64,000 bases of DNA from an uncultured Candidatus Rokubacteria bacterium (lineage in GTDB: Bacteria > Methylomirabilota > Methylomirabilia > Rokubacteriales > DASRDR01): assembly GCA_963708025.1 (NCBI GenBank), contig CAVPSB010000030.1, positions 32,001 to 96,000 on the forward strand, given 5' to 3'. The notes under the pieces were generated by a model. The model did no database searches and was not told the DNA's origin. It was given only the letters and a program-made list of their open reading frames with translations. The position numbers and the translations under genes are program-made. Every line of letters starts with the position of its first letter. Position 1 is the first letter of the stretch. Shown here one piece after another: positions 28,558 through 38,280 of this stretch.

Positions 28558-28737
28558 CCCGCCGTTGGCCACTCGCTCGAGGATACCCGCGAATGGTCGG
28601 GCAGGCGCTCGACCGCGAAGCGGAGCGGGCATGGCCGCGCAATAGAAGCGGCCGTTCGGCACGTGACTCCCTCTCGAGCGCGACAGGGGCAGTCCGGCGA
28701 CAAGGGGCGACCGCTGGCGCGTCCGCGCAGTCGAGAT

Positions 28738-28780
28738 GTCGTGTCAACGTCATCAACCCGTGACGTCCCCCGCGTAGGGT
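28738..28780 (+). promoter_or_regulatory. Pho-box array and -10 for the phosphatase gene
   Basis: GTCGT-N6-GTCAT-N6-GTGAC-N10-TAGGGT. Confidence 0.7.
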
Positions 28781-28876
28781 TCCCTCCGGTGCTGTGCGGA
28801 CCGGTCCGCGCGGGCCGTCCACCCACAAGTCCGAGCCGCCGCCGTCCGGTGCGGCGCGAAGCCGGAGGTTCACGCC

Positions 28877-30628
28877 ATGGCGTCCACCGTCCGCCCACTG
28901 CTCCACGCCCTCCTCGCTGCTGTTGTACCCCGGCGGCTCTGCGCGGTCTTGCTGGTCCTGGCCGGCGTAGTGCTCGCCGGGGTGGCCCCGGCAGCCCCGC
29001 GGGTCATCGTCATCTCGCTCGACGGCGCCACCCCGCGCTTCGTGGACGACTACCTGGCCCGGGGGGTGCTCGAGCGGGACAGGGGACTCGGCCTCCTCAG
29101 GCGGCACGGCATCACCGCGCGGCAGAACGTGACGATCAACCCCTCGCTGACCGCGCCCGGCCACATCGCCATCGCCACCGGCTCCATCGCCGCTCACAAC
29201 GATATCGCCGCCAATACCTTCCACCTGCAGGCCAGCCCGTTCACGGCGACCATCAGCGGGTTCTCGGCTCCGATCGGCGGCTACGACATTCACGGGCCAG
29301 CGGAGGCGGCCGAGATCACGGCGGAGCCCTTGTGGCTGCCGCTGCGGGCGGCCGGCAAGGTGGTGGCGACCGCCACCTTCCCCGGCGGCGATGGCCTCGA
29401 CATCCGTGTGCCCGGACGCTCACCGAGCCCGATCGTCCAGCCGGCCGCCGAGCGCACCGTGGACTACACGGTTCCCTTCGGTGCGTTCGCCGGCGTCGGA
29501 GCCCAGGGCTTCAGTCTGACCGCGGCCGACTTCTCGGTCGCTCCCAGTTCGACCACCGGCCAGCTCGCCGCCGCCGGTCGGACGTCCTTCAGCCCGACAC
29601 TCCAGAAGGTGACCCCCCTCGAGACATTCACGGTGGGCGGCGTGAGCTACCAGATCCAGGTGGCGGCACTCGACACGACGAATGACGGCCTGGTCAACTA
29701 TGACATGCTGGTGTTCTTCGATACGGCTCACGGGATCCCGCCCGGCCCCTTCAACCCTCCGTCCACCGGACCGGCCTACGTCCGCCCGGCGGACAAGCGC
29801 TCGGGCCCCTTCTACCTGGAGGGCAGCAGCACCAGAGCGGGCACGGGCTTCTACGTGAGCCGGCTCGAGCCCGACCTTTCCAGCGTGCGGATCGCCCGGT
29901 ACTCTGCCAACGCCATCCCCCGCAACGCCGCCGTCCTCGGCGACGTGGACGACGTCAACAACCACGCCGGATTCTGGGCGCCCCAGCCCGACTTCCGGAT
30001 CCCCGAGCGACTGAGCCCGGGTTTCGATCCCTTTCCCGACCTCGAGTTGGAAGCGATCTACCAGGATCTCGTGCGACTGTTCGTGGACTACCAGACCCGG
30101 GTGGGGCTTCGGGCCATCGAACGCTTTCCCGACGCCGACCTGATCATGATCTACATCGAGCAGCCGGACGGATCGGGCCACCAGTTCCTGCTGACCGATC
30201 CCCGCCAGCCCACCGACCCCCGCAACCCGGACTCGATCGGCGGCGGGCAGGACCCGGACAAGGTGGCTCGCTACGCCCGCTACCACGAGGCCGCCTACCG
30301 GGCGGCCAGCACCGCCGTGCAGCGGATCATCGAGGCGGTCGGCACCGATCGCCACGGCATGCCGAGGAGCAACATCATCGTCGTCTCCGACCACGGCTTC
30401 GAGATCTTTCACACTGCGGTCAGCATGATGAACCTGCTCGTCAGCCGCGGCTTCGACCCGACCAAAGTCCGGGCGGTGACATCGGGTCCGGCTGTCAACG
30501 TCTACGTCAACCTGATCGGACGCGGCCCGAGCGGTACCGTGACCCCAGCCGAATACCTGGTCCTCCAGGGCCAGATCGCCGACGCGCTGGCGGAGCTCGT
30601 GGACACCAACCCGAATTACACCAACGGC
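28877..30628 (+). pseudogene. Secreted alkaline phosphatase/nucleotide pyrophosphatase-family protein, 3' truncated (ORF reads on to 31120 as antisense)
   Basis: ISLDGA, PSLTAPGH (Thr nucleophile), QPDGSGH, VSDHG; after DTNPNYTNG the sequence becomes the antisense of the repeat gene. Confidence 0.8.
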
Positions 30629-30991
30629 CTCGACCGCCGTCGCCACCGCGGCCTTGCTCGCCGTCCGGGCAACCTCCGCGAGGTCGCCGCCCACCTCCTG
30701 GGCTGCCTGGATGGTGCCTTGCACGGCATGCTTCGCGGCGAGTCCGACGTCACCTCCGATCTCGGACGTCGCCCGGATGATGCCGCGCACCGCCGTGATC
30801 CCGACCGTCGCCACGAGGCCTCCCAGTTCGGCCACGCCCGACAGGCTCGTGAGCAGGCTGTTCCGGGCCAGGTGGATCACACCGGCGGCGACGATCTCCG
30901 CGCCGCTGATCGATCGTTGGAGGGCCGAGGATCCGTTGTCGGCTTCGCTCGATGGTCGGGGTCGCGTTCCGGTCCTCCGCTTCGTGGTCAT
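30626..30991 (-). pseudogene. 22-aa helical-repeat protein, copy 2, 3' truncated
   Basis: MTTKRR...GAEIVAAGVIHLARNSL...EIGGDVGLAAKHAVQGTIQAAQEVGGDL; no own stop, runs into the phosphatase antisense. Confidence 0.8.
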
Positions 30992-31026
30992 GATGCGTCC
31001 CCTGTCTCGGATCCTTCCGCCCAAGG

Positions 31027-32250
31027 TTACCCGAGGCGGCGGGCGGCTCGTTTCAGCGCCTCGACCCGGTCCTCACGCTCCCACGGCACGTCGAGATCGG
31101 TTCGTCCGAAGTGGCCGTAGGCTGCCAGCCGCGCGTAGAAGCTGCCTTCGTGCCGGATGGGCAGCTGGCGCAGGCCGAGGTGGTGGACCACCGCCGCCGG
31201 CCGCAGGTCGATGGTCTCCTGCAGGACGCGCGCGAGGTCGGTGTCGGACGCCACGCCGGACCCGTACGTCTCGACCGACACGGCGAGCGGCCGGGCCTGG
31301 CCGATCGCGTAGGCCAGGTGCACCTCGCACTCCCGGGCCAGCTCGGCGGCGACGAGGGTCCGGGCCGCGTAGCGGGCGACGTACGCCCCGAGGCGATCGA
31401 TGTGATCCGGGTTCTTCCCGGACAGCGCGCCGCCGCCGTGTCGCGTGTATCCCCCGTAGGTGTCCACCATGTTCTTCCGGCCGGTGAGCCCCGCATCCCG
31501 ACGGGGGCCTCCGACGAGAAAGGCGCCGCCGGGGTTGACGAAGAGCCGGGCCTCGGCGTCGAAGCTCAGCTCGGTGCGATCCAGGGCCGGACGCAGGACC
31601 GCGTCCCGGATGTCGCCCTCGAGCCGGCGCCGGGTGGCGGTGGACGTGCCCGGCGCGCCGACCGCGGTCGTGTGCTGGACATTGATCACGACCGTGTGAA
31701 TCCGCACGGGACGCCGATCCTCGAACTGCACGGCCACCTGGACCTTGCCGTCCGGCCCCAGGTACGGCACGGCCTTCTCGCGCCGCGCCTGATCGAGCCG
31801 CCGGGCCAGCCGATGGGCCAGGGCGATGGGCGCCGGCATCCGCTCGGGTGTGTGCGTGCACGCATACCCGAAGACGGACGCCTGGTCCGAGGCCACGCCG
31901 GCGTCGAGCTCCTCCTCCGTCGACTCGACGTCGGGAGCCGGATCGCGGCCGGGACGGTGGGCGAAGTTGGTGATGACGCTCGCGTTCTCGGGGTCGAAGC
32001 CCTGCTCGTCGGAGTAACCGATGTCGCGGATGACCTGCCGCGCCACGCCGGCCGGGTCCACGCTCACCGCCGAGGCCGCCGTGACCGCCAGGAACACGAG
32101 CCCCGTGGCCACGGCACATTCGGCGGAGACCCGGGCTTCCGGGTCGAGATAGAGGAACGCGTCGATCACGGCGTCGGAGATCTGGTCGCACATCTTGTCG
32201 GGGTGCCCCTGGGTGACCGACTCCGAGGTGAAGACGCTCGTCTTGCTCAC
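31027..32250 (-). CDS. metK: Divergent methionine adenosyltransferase (MetK paralog)
   Basis: FTSESVTQGHPDK, DGKVQV, DAGLTGRK, HGGGALSGK, YGHFGR, PWE; coupled to ATPase2 by a GTGA overlap. Confidence 0.88.
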   Translation of the reverse strand: MSKTSVFTSESVTQGHPDKMCDQISDAVIDAFLYLDPEARVSAECAVATGLVFLAVTAASAVSVDPAGVARQVIRDIGYSDEQGFDPENASVITNFAHRPGRDPAPDVESTEEELDAGVASDQASVFGYACTHTPERMPAPIALAHRLARRLDQARREKAVPYLGPDGKVQVAVQFEDRRPVRIHTVVINVQHTTAVGAPGTSTATRRRLEGDIRDAVLRPALDRTELSFDAEARLFVNPGGAFLVGGPRRDAGLTGRKNMVDTYGGYTRHGGGALSGKNPDHIDRLGAYVARYAARTLVAAELARECEVHLAYAIGQARPLAVSVETYGSGVASDTDLARVLQETIDLRPAAVVHHLGLRQLPIRHEGSFYARLAAYGHFGRTDLDVPWEREDRVEALKRAARRLG

Positions 32251-35240
32251 GGGCCTGGCCTCCTTCCGGCGTCGCCCGGCGCGGGCCGGGACTTGAGCAT
32301 CTCTCGCGCGAGCAGCGGGGCCACCGCGCCCGCCGCGACGACCCCCCAGGCGCCGGCGCCGAGGGGGGACGTGCCGAGTAGCCGGCGGAGCGCCGGCACC
32401 GTGACGGCCCCGACCTGAAGCGCCAGCGTCCCCGCAAGCGCCCCGATCAGGGGCGGGTTCTGCGAAAGGCCGCTCAGCGCCGGGCGCGTCTCGGACCGAC
32501 ACGCCAGCGCGTACAGGAGCTGGGCGGTGGTCAGGGTGACGAACGGCACGGTGGAGCCGGCCGCGCCCGGCCGGCCACCGGCGATCGCGTGCGCTCCGAG
32601 GGCCGAGGCGGTCATCACGGCCGCGTCCACGGCGATCCGCCGCATGTCCGCGGTCGAGAGAAGCGGCTCGTCGCGTGGCCCGGGGGCTCGCCGCATCACG
32701 TCCGGCTCGGCCGGCTCCATCGCGAGCGCGAGAGCCGGGAACACGTCGGACAGGAGGTTCATCCACAGCAGCTGCACCGCGGTCAAGGGTCGGGCGATGC
32801 CCAGGGCCATGCCGACGACCGTGAGTAGCACCTCGCCGAGGTTGGTGGCGAGCAGGAAGCGCACGGCCTTCCGGACGTTGGCGCGGATCGTGCGGCCCTG
32901 CTCCACCGCGCCCACGATCGAGCCGATGTTGTCGTCCAGCAGGACGACGTCGGCCAGGTCCCGGGCCAGTTCCGTCCCGCCCACCCCGATGGCGACGCCG
33001 ACGTCCGCCGCGCGGAGGGCGGGTCCATCGTTGATCCCGTCACCGGTCATCGCCACCACCTCGTCGTCCGCCTGCAGGGTCTGGACGATGCGGTACTTGT
33101 CGGCGGGCGACACCCGGGCGAAGATGTCCACCTCCCGCGCCAGCCCCCGGAGGGCTTCCGGCGGGAGCTGGGCGATCTGCGCCGCCTCGGCCACCCGCAG
33201 CTCCCCGTTCCGGTCGAGGCCGAGCGCCCGCCCGACGGCGATCGCGGTGGGGCTCTGGTCGCCGGTCAGCATGACGACCCGGATGCCGGCCGCCCGGCAG
33301 GCGTTCAGGGCCTCCCGCACGCCGGGTCGGATCGGGTCCACCATCCCGACCAGACCCGCCCAGACGAGCTGGTCGATCGCGGGCGGCTCGGCTGCCATCC
33401 CGTCGTCGTCGCGATAGGCCAGGCCGAGGACCCGGAGGGCGTCGCTGGCCATGCGGGCATTGGTGCCGAGGATCGCCCGGCGGTCGCTCGCGGTCAGCAC
33501 CCGCGAGTCGCCGTTCCGGCCAGCAACGTGGCTGGCGAGTCGCAGGACCTCCTCCGGCGCCCCCTTGACCGCGATAAGCCGATGGCCGTTATCGGTCGAG
33601 TGCACCGTCGCCATCCAGTTCTGGCCGACGGCCCTGGGCCGGACCCCGATCCGCGGGTGGCGGGCTCGCAGCGCCCGGCCATCCACGCCGAGGGCGCGGG
33701 CGGACTCCAGGAGGGCGACCTCGGTCCCGCTGCCCAGGATCGTGCCGCCCTCGGCCTCCGCGACGAGCTCGGCCTCGTTGCAGAGGACCGCCACGACGAG
33801 CGCGCTGGCGAGGCCCGCCCGGTGCCCGCCCGGGAGAGGGTCACCCGCGGCATTGCCGCCGGATACGACCGGGCCCACGATCCGCGTGCCGCCGGGCAGC
33901 CTCCACTCCTGGACCGTCATCCGGTTCTCGGTGATCGTGCCCGTCTTGTCGACGCAGATGACCGTCGTCGCTCCGAGGCTCTCGACGACCTCGAGCCGCC
34001 GGACGAGCACGTTCCGCCTGAGCATCCGCTGCATCCCGAGGGCGAAGGTCGTCGTCGCGACGGCGGGCAGACCTTCCGGCACGGCGGCGACGCCGAGGGC
34101 GATGGCCGTTCTCACCATCTCCAGCGCGGAGATGCCGCGCAGCAGGCCAAGCCCGAGGACGGCGGCGCAGAGCGAGACCGTGATCCCGACGAGGGTCCGG
34201 CCCATCCGGTCGAGCTGCCGCTCGATCGGCGCCGGTGGTGGCTCGACCCCGGCGACCAGGGCGCGCACCCGGCCGAATTCCGTGCGACTCCCGGTCCCGG
34301 TCACGACCGCGAGGCCAGCGCCCTCGCTGACCACGGTTCCGGCGTAGACCATGTTGGCCCGGTCGGCGAGCGGGGTGCCTTCGGCGTGGACGTGGTCAGC
34401 CCGCTTGGCCACCGGCAGGCCTTCCCCGGTCAGAGCGGACTCGTTGACGCTCAGCCCGCCCGTCACATCCACCAGGCGGCCGTCGGCGCCGACGTCGTGT
34501 CCCGCCCTGAGGATCAGGACGTCCCCAGGCACCAGCGAGGCCGTGGAGACGGTGCGCTCGCGACCATCACGCCGAACCAGCGCCACCGGGTGCGTCAGGC
34601 GCTGCAGGGAGCTGAGGATGCCCTCGACGCGGCTCTCGGTCGCGTATCCGACCAGCGCGTTGGCGGCGACGACACCGAGAATCACGATCGCCTCGAAGGG
34701 GGCTCCGCTCACCAGGGACAGGCCGGCGGCGCCGGCCAGGAGCGCCACCGGCAGGGAGGTGACCTGTCCGGCCAGGATCGCAAGGCCCGAGCGAGGAGTC
34801 GGGGCGGGGACACGATTCGAACCGAACCGCGCGAGCCGGGCCTCGGCCTCCTCGCCGGTCAGGCCGACGGACGGCAGCGTGGCCAGGCGCGCCACGACGT
34901 CGGCGGCCGTCGTGGCATGCCAGCGGTCGCCGTCGCGCTCGAGTATCTCGTGATCTCCCCCGCGGGTCGGCGGTCGCGACCGCCGCCGCGGCGGCCCCCC
35001 GTCGCGATAGCGACGCAGCTCGGCCGCGACCTGGCGGGGGCTGAGGGCCTCGGCGTCGAAGAGCACGAGGACGCTGCCGGTCAGCGGGTTGGCGTGAACT
35101 TCGCGGATGCCGACCCGGATCGCCAGCCGGTCAACGATGCGCCGCGCGACGTCGGGACGGTGGCGCAGACCCTCGACCCGGGCGCGGATTCGTCCACGCA
35201 CGGCGACCGAGAGGAAGATCACAGATGGCTGGGCCGTCAT
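32247..35240 (-). CDS. P2A (Ca2+-type) P-type ATPase with HMA2 N-terminus, copy 2
   Basis: AVRGRIRARVEGL...ANPLTGSVLVLFD, TGEGLP, AVPEGLP, DKTGT, KGAPE, GDGIND, LATNLGE, WMNLLSD. Confidence 0.93.
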   Translation of the reverse strand: MTAQPSVIFLSVAVRGRIRARVEGLRHRPDVARRIVDRLAIRVGIREVHANPLTGSVLVLFDAEALSPRQVAAELRRYRDGGPPRRRSRPPTRGGDHEILERDGDRWHATTAADVVARLATLPSVGLTGEEAEARLARFGSNRVPAPTPRSGLAILAGQVTSLPVALLAGAAGLSLVSGAPFEAIVILGVVAANALVGYATESRVEGILSSLQRLTHPVALVRRDGRERTVSTASLVPGDVLILRAGHDVGADGRLVDVTGGLSVNESALTGEGLPVAKRADHVHAEGTPLADRANMVYAGTVVSEGAGLAVVTGTGSRTEFGRVRALVAGVEPPPAPIERQLDRMGRTLVGITVSLCAAVLGLGLLRGISALEMVRTAIALGVAAVPEGLPAVATTTFALGMQRMLRRNVLVRRLEVVESLGATTVICVDKTGTITENRMTVQEWRLPGGTRIVGPVVSGGNAAGDPLPGGHRAGLASALVVAVLCNEAELVAEAEGGTILGSGTEVALLESARALGVDGRALRARHPRIGVRPRAVGQNWMATVHSTDNGHRLIAVKGAPEEVLRLASHVAGRNGDSRVLTASDRRAILGTNARMASDALRVLGLAYRDDDGMAAEPPAIDQLVWAGLVGMVDPIRPGVREALNACRAAGIRVVMLTGDQSPTAIAVGRALGLDRNGELRVAEAAQIAQLPPEALRGLAREVDIFARVSPADKYRIVQTLQADDEVVAMTGDGINDGPALRAADVGVAIGVGGTELARDLADVVLLDDNIGSIVGAVEQGRTIRANVRKAVRFLLATNLGEVLLTVVGMALGIARPLTAVQLLWMNLLSDVFPALALAMEPAEPDVMRRAPGPRDEPLLSTADMRRIAVDAAVMTASALGAHAIAGGRPGAAGSTVPFVTLTTAQLLYALACRSETRPALSGLSQNPPLIGALAGTLALQVGAVTVPALRRLLGTSPLGAGAWGVVAAGAVAPLLAREMLKSRPAPGDAGRRPGP

Positions 35241-35271
35241 CGCTACGGGCGGCTCTGGCTCCGTCCACGAC

Positions 35272-35314
35272 ACCCTACCAGTGGTTCGTTACCATGACGC
35301 TACGACAACGTTAC
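35272..35314 (-). promoter_or_regulatory. Pho-box array and -10 for ATPase2-metK-repeat operon
   Basis: GTAAC-N6-GTAGC-N6-GTAAC-N10-TAGGGT. Confidence 0.75.
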
Positions 35315-35407
35315 GAAACCTCGAGTCCGGAGGAAGGACCAGCTTGACCTATCATGGGCCCTGGGGTGGTGCCCAGCGAGTCCTCGGTGCAGGCTCGGGA
35401 AGGATGC

Positions 35408-36817
35408 ATGAAGCGCCTGTTCGTCATCGGGCTCGGGCTCGTGGCCGTGTTGCTGGTGGCGGCGCTGGCGGCGGCGCTTGCCATCGGGCTGCCACGCAAC
35501 GCGGCCGGCATGGCCGCCCGCAGCGTGTGCTCGGGAGCCTTCGTCGCCGAACGGCCGTGGCAGAAGGTGCTGACCGAGGACGTGCTGCCGGCCAGCGGCG
35601 TGCTGCAGTTGGTCAACGTGACCGTCAACGTCGCAGCACGCACGGTGAGCGCACGCTTTGCCGGCGGCTTCGAGCGCCGCGCGTCGCATCTGGGGCGGCG
35701 CGGCTGCGTGCTCGACGCCGAGCCCGACCGCGCCGCCGCGCCGCCGACCCCGCTCGTCGCTCGCGGCGCGCCCTGGCCCCAGGGTGATTCGCCGCTGCCC
35801 CCGGCGCAATGGGGGGACGGGGTCGCCGCCGCTCGGCTGCAGGCCCTGGTGGACGAGGCCTTCGTCGGCGCCGGCGATCCCGCCGCGGCGAACGCACGCG
35901 GCCTTGCCGTCGTGCACCGCGGCCGGCTGCTCCTGTTGCGCCATGGCCACGGGTTCGACGCCACGACGCCGTTGCACGGCTGGTCGATGACCAAGACCGT
36001 GCTGGGCATGCTCACCCACAAGATCGCTGCCGAGCGGAGGCTCGCGCTCGGCCGCCCGGTGGTCGAGGCGTTCGGCCCCGGCCGCGAACCGGCCTGGGTC
36101 GCCCTCTGGCGCGCCGATGCGCGCAAGGGCATCACCGTGCAAGACCTGCTGTGGATGCGCGACGGCCTGGCCAACGTCGAGGACTACGCGCCCTGGGGCG
36201 CGGTGCCACGCCTGCTGTGGGGCGGCAAGGACGTTGCCGCCCATGCCGCGGGTGCCGAGGCCGAGGTGCCGCCGGCCACGCGCTGGCGGTATTCGAGCGC
36301 CACCTCGAACCTGCTCGCGCGAGTGCTGCGCGGCAGCTTTGCGACCGATGCCGAATACTGGGCCTATGCGAAGCAAGCCCTCTTCGACCCGATCGGCGCC
36401 GGCACCGCGGTGCTCGAGACCGACGCCGACGGCACCTGGATCGCGTCGTCATACCTGTGGGCGAGCACCGGCGACTGGGCCCGCCTGGGCCTGTTGATGC
36501 TGCAAGACGGCCGCTGGGGCGAGCGCCAGGTGCTGCCGCCCGGTTGGCTGGCGCGTGCGGCGACGCCCTCGCTCGGGAAGGGGGATGGACTTGGCTACGG
36601 CGCGCAGACCTGGCTCATCGGCCACCCGAGCGAACGCATGTGCCGTGGCCGCGGCCTGCCGCCGGATACGATGGCGATGATGGGCCACTGGGGTCAGATC
36701 GTCGCCATCGTGCCGTCCCGCCAGGTGGTGACGGTGCGCCTGGGCTGGACCCTCGACCCCGACGCGTTCCGGCCCTGCGAGTTCGTGGCCGAGGTGCTGA
36801 AGGCCGTGAAGGACTAG
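35408..36817 (+). CDS. Serine hydrolase, beta-lactamase/AmpC-like family, membrane anchored
   Basis: WSMTK (SxxK), RYSS, WARLG, GHWGQ; N-terminal TM. Confidence 0.88.
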   Translation: MKRLFVIGLGLVAVLLVAALAAALAIGLPRNAAGMAARSVCSGAFVAERPWQKVLTEDVLPASGVLQLVNVTVNVAARTVSARFAGGFERRASHLGRRGCVLDAEPDRAAAPPTPLVARGAPWPQGDSPLPPAQWGDGVAAARLQALVDEAFVGAGDPAAANARGLAVVHRGRLLLLRHGHGFDATTPLHGWSMTKTVLGMLTHKIAAERRLALGRPVVEAFGPGREPAWVALWRADARKGITVQDLLWMRDGLANVEDYAPWGAVPRLLWGGKDVAAHAAGAEAEVPPATRWRYSSATSNLLARVLRGSFATDAEYWAYAKQALFDPIGAGTAVLETDADGTWIASSYLWASTGDWARLGLLMLQDGRWGERQVLPPGWLARAATPSLGKGDGLGYGAQTWLIGHPSERMCRGRGLPPDTMAMMGHWGQIVAIVPSRQVVTVRLGWTLDPDAFRPCEFVAEVLKAVKD

Positions 36818-36870
36818 CCGCGACCGGCGATTTTCAACGGTACGCCGCCCGCACGAGCGGGCATCGCCGC

Positions 36871-36946
36871 GTAACGCTCTCGACACCCACGCGTCCAGAT
36901 CTTTTGGCGCTCCCGTCAGGCTTGCGTCACGTGACGCTGGTAGCGT
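36871..36946 (+). promoter_or_regulatory. Pho-box array and -10 for the porin remnant
   Basis: GTAAC (36871), GACAC (36882) ... GTCAG (36915), GTCAC (36926), all in 11-bp phase, then N10-TAGCGT. Confidence 0.6.
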
Positions 36947-36960
36947 CGAACCACTTGGAG

Positions 36961-37472
36961 GCCTCGGTCTCAAGGGCGAATACGTCCAGCAGATGGACGA
37001 GCGGAAGAACCTGGGCCCGGGTGGGAGCAATCTCGACGACGTCACGTCGAAAGGCTACTACGTGACGGCGACGTTCCTCCTGACCGGTGAGGACTCCGTG
37101 CTGAACGGGCCGGTGGTGCCGCGACGGCCGTTCTCCCCGTTCGCCGGGGCGCTGGGGCCGGGAGCGTGGGAGATCGCCCTCCGCTTCTCGCAGATCGAGT
37201 TCGATTCGGACGACCCTCTCGACTTCTTCGACGGGAACCTGGCCAACGGGGTCACGGCGGGCAACGGGACGAACCGGGCTCAGGCGCTGACGGCTGGGGT
37301 CAACTGGTACCTGAACTCGCGGGTCCGGCTGATGGCCAACTACACCCACTACTGGTACGACAACGACTTCGCCACCCCGACGAGCTGTCGCCGGAACACC
37401 TGCGCCGCCGGGGACCTGCGGCGGGGCGACGACGCCTGGGAGTTCCTCACCCGCCTCCAGTTCTGGTTCTGA
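36961..37472 (+). pseudogene. C-terminal fragment of an OprO/OprP phosphate-selective porin
   Basis: GLKGEYVQ, GYYVTATFLLTGE, GAWEIALRFS, TAGVNWYLN, RLQFWF terminus; signal peptide and N-terminal part missing. Confidence 0.8.
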
Positions 37473-37646
37473 GGCATCGTCGGCCGGCGACGCCCACTCC
37501 CGTAGAGTCCGGACGGGGGGACCCCGATCCGGGCGACGACCCCGCCGAGGGGCCCGGAAGGCGCGCCCCGAGCTCCAGGCGGGATCGGCGGGGCCGGCAT
37601 GGTCGCCGACCGGGCCGGGACCGTCTCGCTTCCGCCCGCCGGTTTC

Positions 37647-37689
37647 GTCGCGCGGCCGTCATCACGCTGTAACGCGGCCAGGCTACCCT
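37647..37689 (+). promoter_or_regulatory. Pho-box array and -10
   Basis: GTCGC-N6-GTCAT-N6-GTAAC-N10-TACCCT. Confidence 0.65.
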
Positions 37690-37731
37690 CAGAACCCAGC
37701 GTGCGGGCGACGACCGCAGAGCCATCGGGTC

Positions 37732-38059
37732 GTGCTGACACAGACGCCCCGGCTGGGCGAGGAGCTCTGGGCTCGCGTCCGCCGCCGGTGGCGGAGGCCG
37801 TGTGGTGGCGATCCACCGGAAGAACCTCCGGCTGGCTCTGGTGCGCCCGATGCCCGAGGCACCGCTCACGAAGGAGGTCACGGTCGGCTGGGTGTATGTC
37901 GAGACCGAGCAGGAGATCCGGCGAGAGTGCCCCGCCGAGCCCCTGGCGTTGGAGTGGCAGACGCCTGAGCCTGGCAACGACGGGCCGCCACCCGCGGGAG
38001 AGATCGAAGGATGGGATGGCAGGTATTCCGTGAGTCGGTCGCAATCATCGGGGGACTGA
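37732..38059 (+). CDS. Small hypothetical protein, probably split by a +1 frameshift at about 37800
   Basis: MLTQTPRLGEELWARVRRRW then VAIHRKNLRLALVRPMPEAPLTKEVTVGWVYVETEQ in the next frame; promoter upstream. Confidence 0.4.
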
Positions 38060-38280
38060 TCGCTCTCGGCCTGGCGCTCGGCCTCCTGCTGACGAGCGGC
38101 CACTGAGCGGGGCCGTTCGGGTGCCCCCGAAACCGCGGCCCGACACCGCCTCGGCGTGAGGCTCCCATGCCGGTCCTGACCATCGGCACGCTCGAGGCCA
38201 TCGAGGTCCCGGCCTCACCCCAGCCGGCCGGCGGCTGGAAGCGGCCGCCCCGAAAGCGTGGGTGAAGCGGAGGCCCTGGA

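Noticed and set aside
29420-31120. Apparent long overlapping gene pair (747 aa + and 534 aa -)
   Set aside because: Explained by the deletion junction at about 30625; both tails are antisense read-through.
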